Shown: one piece after another, positions 62,801 through 64,000 of the stretch
Layout of the letters: the number at the start of each line of letters is the position of its first letter
Position numbering within the stretch: the first letter of the stretch is position 1
NCBI GenBank assembly: GCA_028720205.1
Contig: JAQYLE010000065.1
Coordinates: forward strand, 127 to 64,126
DNA: 64,000 nucleotides
Reading direction: 5' to 3'
Source of the DNA: Clostridia bacterium
GTDB taxonomy: Bacteria; Bacillota; Clostridia; Christensenellales; Borkfalkiaceae
Program-made: the position numbers and the translations under genes
Notes under the pieces: generated by a model
What the model was told of the DNA's origin: nothing
Databases searched by the model: none
The model's input: the letters and a program-made list of their open reading frames with translations, nothing else

Positions 62801-64000
62801 CCGAAGCCGTTCACGTAGCATTCGTTCGTCAGCGTGAAGGAAACCGTCGTATCTTCCGCGTTCTCAACCGCTACCGTCTTTTCCACGGCGCCCACTTTGA
62901 TTTTATACGCGGTAGCGCCGCTCACGGCGTTCCACGTAACAACGTTATTCAGCACCTTGAAATTCGAAGGCACGGCAATTTTTGTTTTGGTATACGTAAC
63001 GCCTGCCGCTTCGGAAGAATTGTAGCCTTTCGTCTGCGCCGTCACTTCCACGGAAACCGTGCCCGCGGCGTAATTTTTCAACGAATATTTCGTAGCCGCG
63101 CCCACGTTTACAACGTCGGTACCGGTTGCGGTAGTGATTTTAACGATATATTCCGCGGCGTTTTCCACGGCGTTCCACGAAACTTCGTCCGTCGCCGCGT
63201 CTATTTTAAGATTTGTCGCCGCCTGTAACTCTCTGTTTACGGTATAGTAAGCCACGGAAGAAGCATAACCCTTAGCCGCCGCTTCAACGGTGAATTTGAT
63301 TCCGCCCGGCTGCATCGCGCAGTTGGCAAAATTAAAGTATACGGAAGAACCGTTGTCTACGCGGGTATGGGTGTGCCCTTCTTCGCCGCAATCCACCGTA
63401 ACGTAATATTTCTGCGCGTTTTCTACGGGAGCAAACAGCAATACGGAAGGTTCTATCACCTTAAACGAAGTAACGCGCGCAAGCGCTTTGTTTTTATAAT
63501 ACGCCGTCGCGGTATTGCCGTTTACGGTTACTTCCACAACGTAATCGCCCGCCGCCTTCGAGGCAAAATCGTACGCATACGTAGTGCCGCCCACCGTTGC
63601 GGGCGCCGCCGCGCTGCCGTCCGGCGCGGTGATCTTAACCGAATAACTCGCGTTTACGCCCACGGGCGCCCACGTAACGCCTTCCGCGTTTACGGAAACG
63701 GAGGTATATCCGTCCTCCGCCCATACGGCGTAAAAATCCGTATCGGCGGAAAGCGCTTCTCCGCCGTATTTATAGGTGAGTTTCGCCGCCGACTGATAGT
63801 CGCTTACCCACCAGCCGATAAACGTCTTGTCCCCCGCGGGAACGGGCAGATCGAACGCTTTGCCGCCTATCGTCCGCTTGGTTTGCAGCGTTTCCCCGTC
63901 GGAAATAAAGGTAACGGTATATTCGGCGTCGTTCGCGTCGCCTTCGGTAAAGCAGGCGTACAACGTTACGTCCGACGTTACGGGCGCAGCGAAATCGTAG
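56896..64000 (-). CDS. Giant BspA-like LRR surface protein, 5'-truncated by the window edge (at least 2367 codons visible)
   Basis: The frame stays open to position 64000; the ORF-track start at 63963 is an internal TTG within a Flg_new repeat (...VTSDVTLYACF). Three complete Flg_new modules and five Fn3-like modules (W..V..A..Y.VK periodicity). About 1600 aa of LRR_5-type repeats (about 57000-61900). No LPXTG or C-terminal TM. Confidence 0.9.
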   Translation of the reverse strand, partial: YDFAAPVTSDVTLYACFTEGDANDAEYTVTFISDGETLQTKRTIGGKAFDLPVPAGDKTFIGWWVSDYQSAAKLTYKYGGEALSADTDFYAVWAEDGYTSVSVNAEGVTWAPVGVNASYSVKITAPDGSAAAPATVGGTTYAYDFASKAAGDYVVEVTVNGNTATAYYKNKALARVTSFKVIEPSVLLFAPVENAQKYYVTVDCGEEGHTHTRVDNGSSVYFNFANCAMQPGGIKFTVEAAAKGYASSVAYYTVNRELQAATNLKIDAATDEVSWNAVENAAEYIVKITTATGTDVVNVGAATKYSLKNYAAGTVSVEVTAQTKGYNSSEAAGVTYTKTKIAVPSNFKVLNNVVTWNAVSGATAYKIKVGAVEKTVAVENAEDTTVSFTLTNECYVNGFGTYEVSVKAVAATESESSVYSEALSVSYGDGVSAASYANGTVTWKPVANAAGYAVKVNGVAATTVTDGAFGAAVALTKSGVNVIDVYYIGENNSEIKWASVEAYAYSVIFDARGGAAVKTQYKAVGDPVTLPETQAAGYDFAGWYTLPGGAANNGALYSDIAFSETTDIVLYAAWTPKDYTVQLDFGDADAGDNPTTAQVTYKRDYTVAMPVANSDAAKAFAGWYSQPNAQGTRYTDEKGNSLAVWDYNEDGRTFYAAWVTVFTFNEIENGNAYSLSKGKSIDLVSEVTVPTEYNGKPVTTVEGSAFQLCRNLVTVNIPDTVKLIETGTAFLSCSKLYSVNVYETGSNDKGAYTSVDGILIYDNVNNGVELKYFPQGRSGEVVIPDGVETLPVAIFKSSSITKVTIPASVTTINSNAFYYSRKLTQVVFEAPAEGESAGALTIDENAFRSCTALTSIDLPARLTEFNSNIFTQCSALAIVNVDGTGGAYTSKNGVLCNEDGTQIVFCPVGRTGAYTIPAGVNSVADKAFFGCTKLTALVVPGYVTEIGAQAFSGCTKLASAVFEGDKYNEKLTVGESAFYGCTALSAIVLPENLSVLAKNAFGNTQNLTEVTVNCGADITFENAAFGTTDKTPVYYVEKLNIGAECGVLDINGAFGTELSYVSVADGNPNYSVIENVIFDKAVTRIVYYPSSQTGDYVIPATVTEIGANVFYGKKLSKITIGKNIVSIGDYAFANCKNLATVEFEEGGKENLVIGANAFAATAITQMALPARVGEFGASAFADCEKLATVSIPAVETVPTAAFKGCVALATVNIPEGVQTISGEAFASCNSLVSFNVPASVTVLGTDTNGALNVFAGSAALSAVNVAAQNAKYASVNGVLYEKNESGVNATLFYCPVANTGNKGVFAVPADVTKVASGAFAQNKGIAKVEFAGAVTNFAFGKNVFEGCTGLKEVVLPSGITEVGESLFANCTSLNKVYIPNTVSLIGNMAFYKCTMLREVEFEEGNTSNPLVIADGREEGGPPSFYGVFVGCRSLGEISFPERTTVIGSYAFAIVDIMQGPYREEVVNGITTVNIPSTVTEIKNKAFYYAQVVTVNIAPNSQLTEIGQEAFYSFYSTSPNAPSTAKLTSFTLPASVETIDAMAFYGCGAITNFTIESGSQLKTIGVGAFYGCVNLTSFTLPASVEKVGNNAFYNAAKMASFTFAEGTAIKEIGDGAFEKCVALTSFTFPEKETEISVGSKIFNGCTALETVVFSKSVTNIPSVILGCGSIKTLTIAPENVNVELLDTALMSKDGKELYYVLSTAEGEYIIPDGVETVSAYVFSGKTQITSVSIPASVREIGDSAFSNCTGLTSVTFGENSELIKIGANAFEKCSKLTSIKIPDGVTALGNNTFSSCSALNNVQLPASLTKVGTYLFRDCVGLTSINIPEGLTTLGNYMFFGCTKLTSVTFSGEVTAFGTYVFSKCNSLKEIVIPNSVTSLGGDSFKNGYVTVAGYVFKDCAQLEKVTLSAGLTAIPGSTFQNCPKLKTLEIPKSVKAIGISAFEGCTSLNNLVIPEGVKLGNGTAATSNNNVFRNCKALSDIVFEGSLDYVGKWCFSGCTSLKSITLKGVTGFGQEAFSGCTALESFVFPDTVKTVYNSAFSGCTALEKVVIPASVTSLGIGVFSGCTKLTNIVIDAANVTYKSENGWIYTIEEQLVYCPAFVEGEVVLAEGVTLYSNAFENCKKITKVVLPNSVTEIPNNTFKGCSALESVNIPAGVKSIGNYAFNGCTSLTSAELSEGVKTIGTNAFDGCTKLASVTLGEELQTIGNYAFRNCALTSVVIPDTVTNIGSYAFYGCKQLESVQLSKSLKTIGASAFYNCTALKSIDLPGSITSFNGSVFSGCTALESVTIGNGITTIPANAFQKCTALTEIVLPESVLSVNANAFAGCTVTVHVPYASEEDLLPGLKPLLTATKATITVVYDKAVTE

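Noticed and set aside
41167-63228. Many long plus-strand ORFs inside the island (e.g. 41167-42075, 42151-43116, 44587-45726, 47794-48909, 49875-50813, 51018-52235, 52389-53117, 55885-56700, 59497-60249, 61384-61977, 62398-63228).
   Set aside because: All lie antisense to much longer minus-strand genes with clear domains. Their products are Arg/His/Phe/Val-rich with no motifs and no SD. These are typical shadow ORFs of GC-biased codon usage.
1-64000. Search for CRISPR arrays, transposases, integrases, phage genes, toxin-antitoxin pairs, reverse transcriptase/DGR and invertible promoters (especially around the LRR island).
   Set aside because: - No repeat-spacer periodicity was seen; the tandem repeats have only 2-4 units with no spacers.
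- No ORF with recombinase, transposase or RT motifs was seen.
- No long inverted repeats flank promoters.
- The only tRNA (16975-17051) is 24 kb from the island, so there is no evidence that the island is a mobile element.

Overview
This 64-kb window looks like chromosome from a spore-forming Bacillota (Clostridia-like) organism; G+C was not computed. No rRNA, CRISPR array, transposase or integrase was recognised.

- **1-20 kb, mixed housekeeping and accessory genes:** rubrerythrin and a PerR-like Fur regulator with a perfect 7-1-7 operator, Trk/Ktr K+ uptake, a NatAB-like ABC exporter, mgtE behind a long leader with no M-box, PAP2, RNHCP, AraC/GyrI, DUF1846, DegV, tRNA-Arg(ACG), an HtrA-like protease and an HD nucleotidase.
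- **20-35 kb, core genes:** a TPP riboswitch with a ThiT fusion, followed by a long minus-strand core block: ruvCAB-queA, pyrH-frr-uppS-cdsA-dxr-rseP, ylxM-ffh-rpsP-KH-rimM.
- **36-40.5 kb:** a gerA-type germinant receptor operon.
- **40.6-41.1 kb:** an orphan unit bounded by a strong promoter and two terminators, containing two SD-led micro-ORFs.
- **41.1-64 kb, the most interesting part:** eight co-directional minus-strand genes. A MoxR AAA+ / DUF58 / BatA-like / double-VWA membrane module is led by a membrane protein carrying an InlB-B-repeat-like ectodomain. This module is sandwiched between a giant BspA-like LRR protein (more than 2367 aa, running off the window), a 931-aa LRR lipoprotein and a 1644-aa largely orphan lipoprotein.

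A recurring oddity is many perfect short tandem duplications (12-39 bp), several of them sitting on stop codons or inside a zinc-ribbon motif. All functional calls come from motif recognition by eye. No database search was run.
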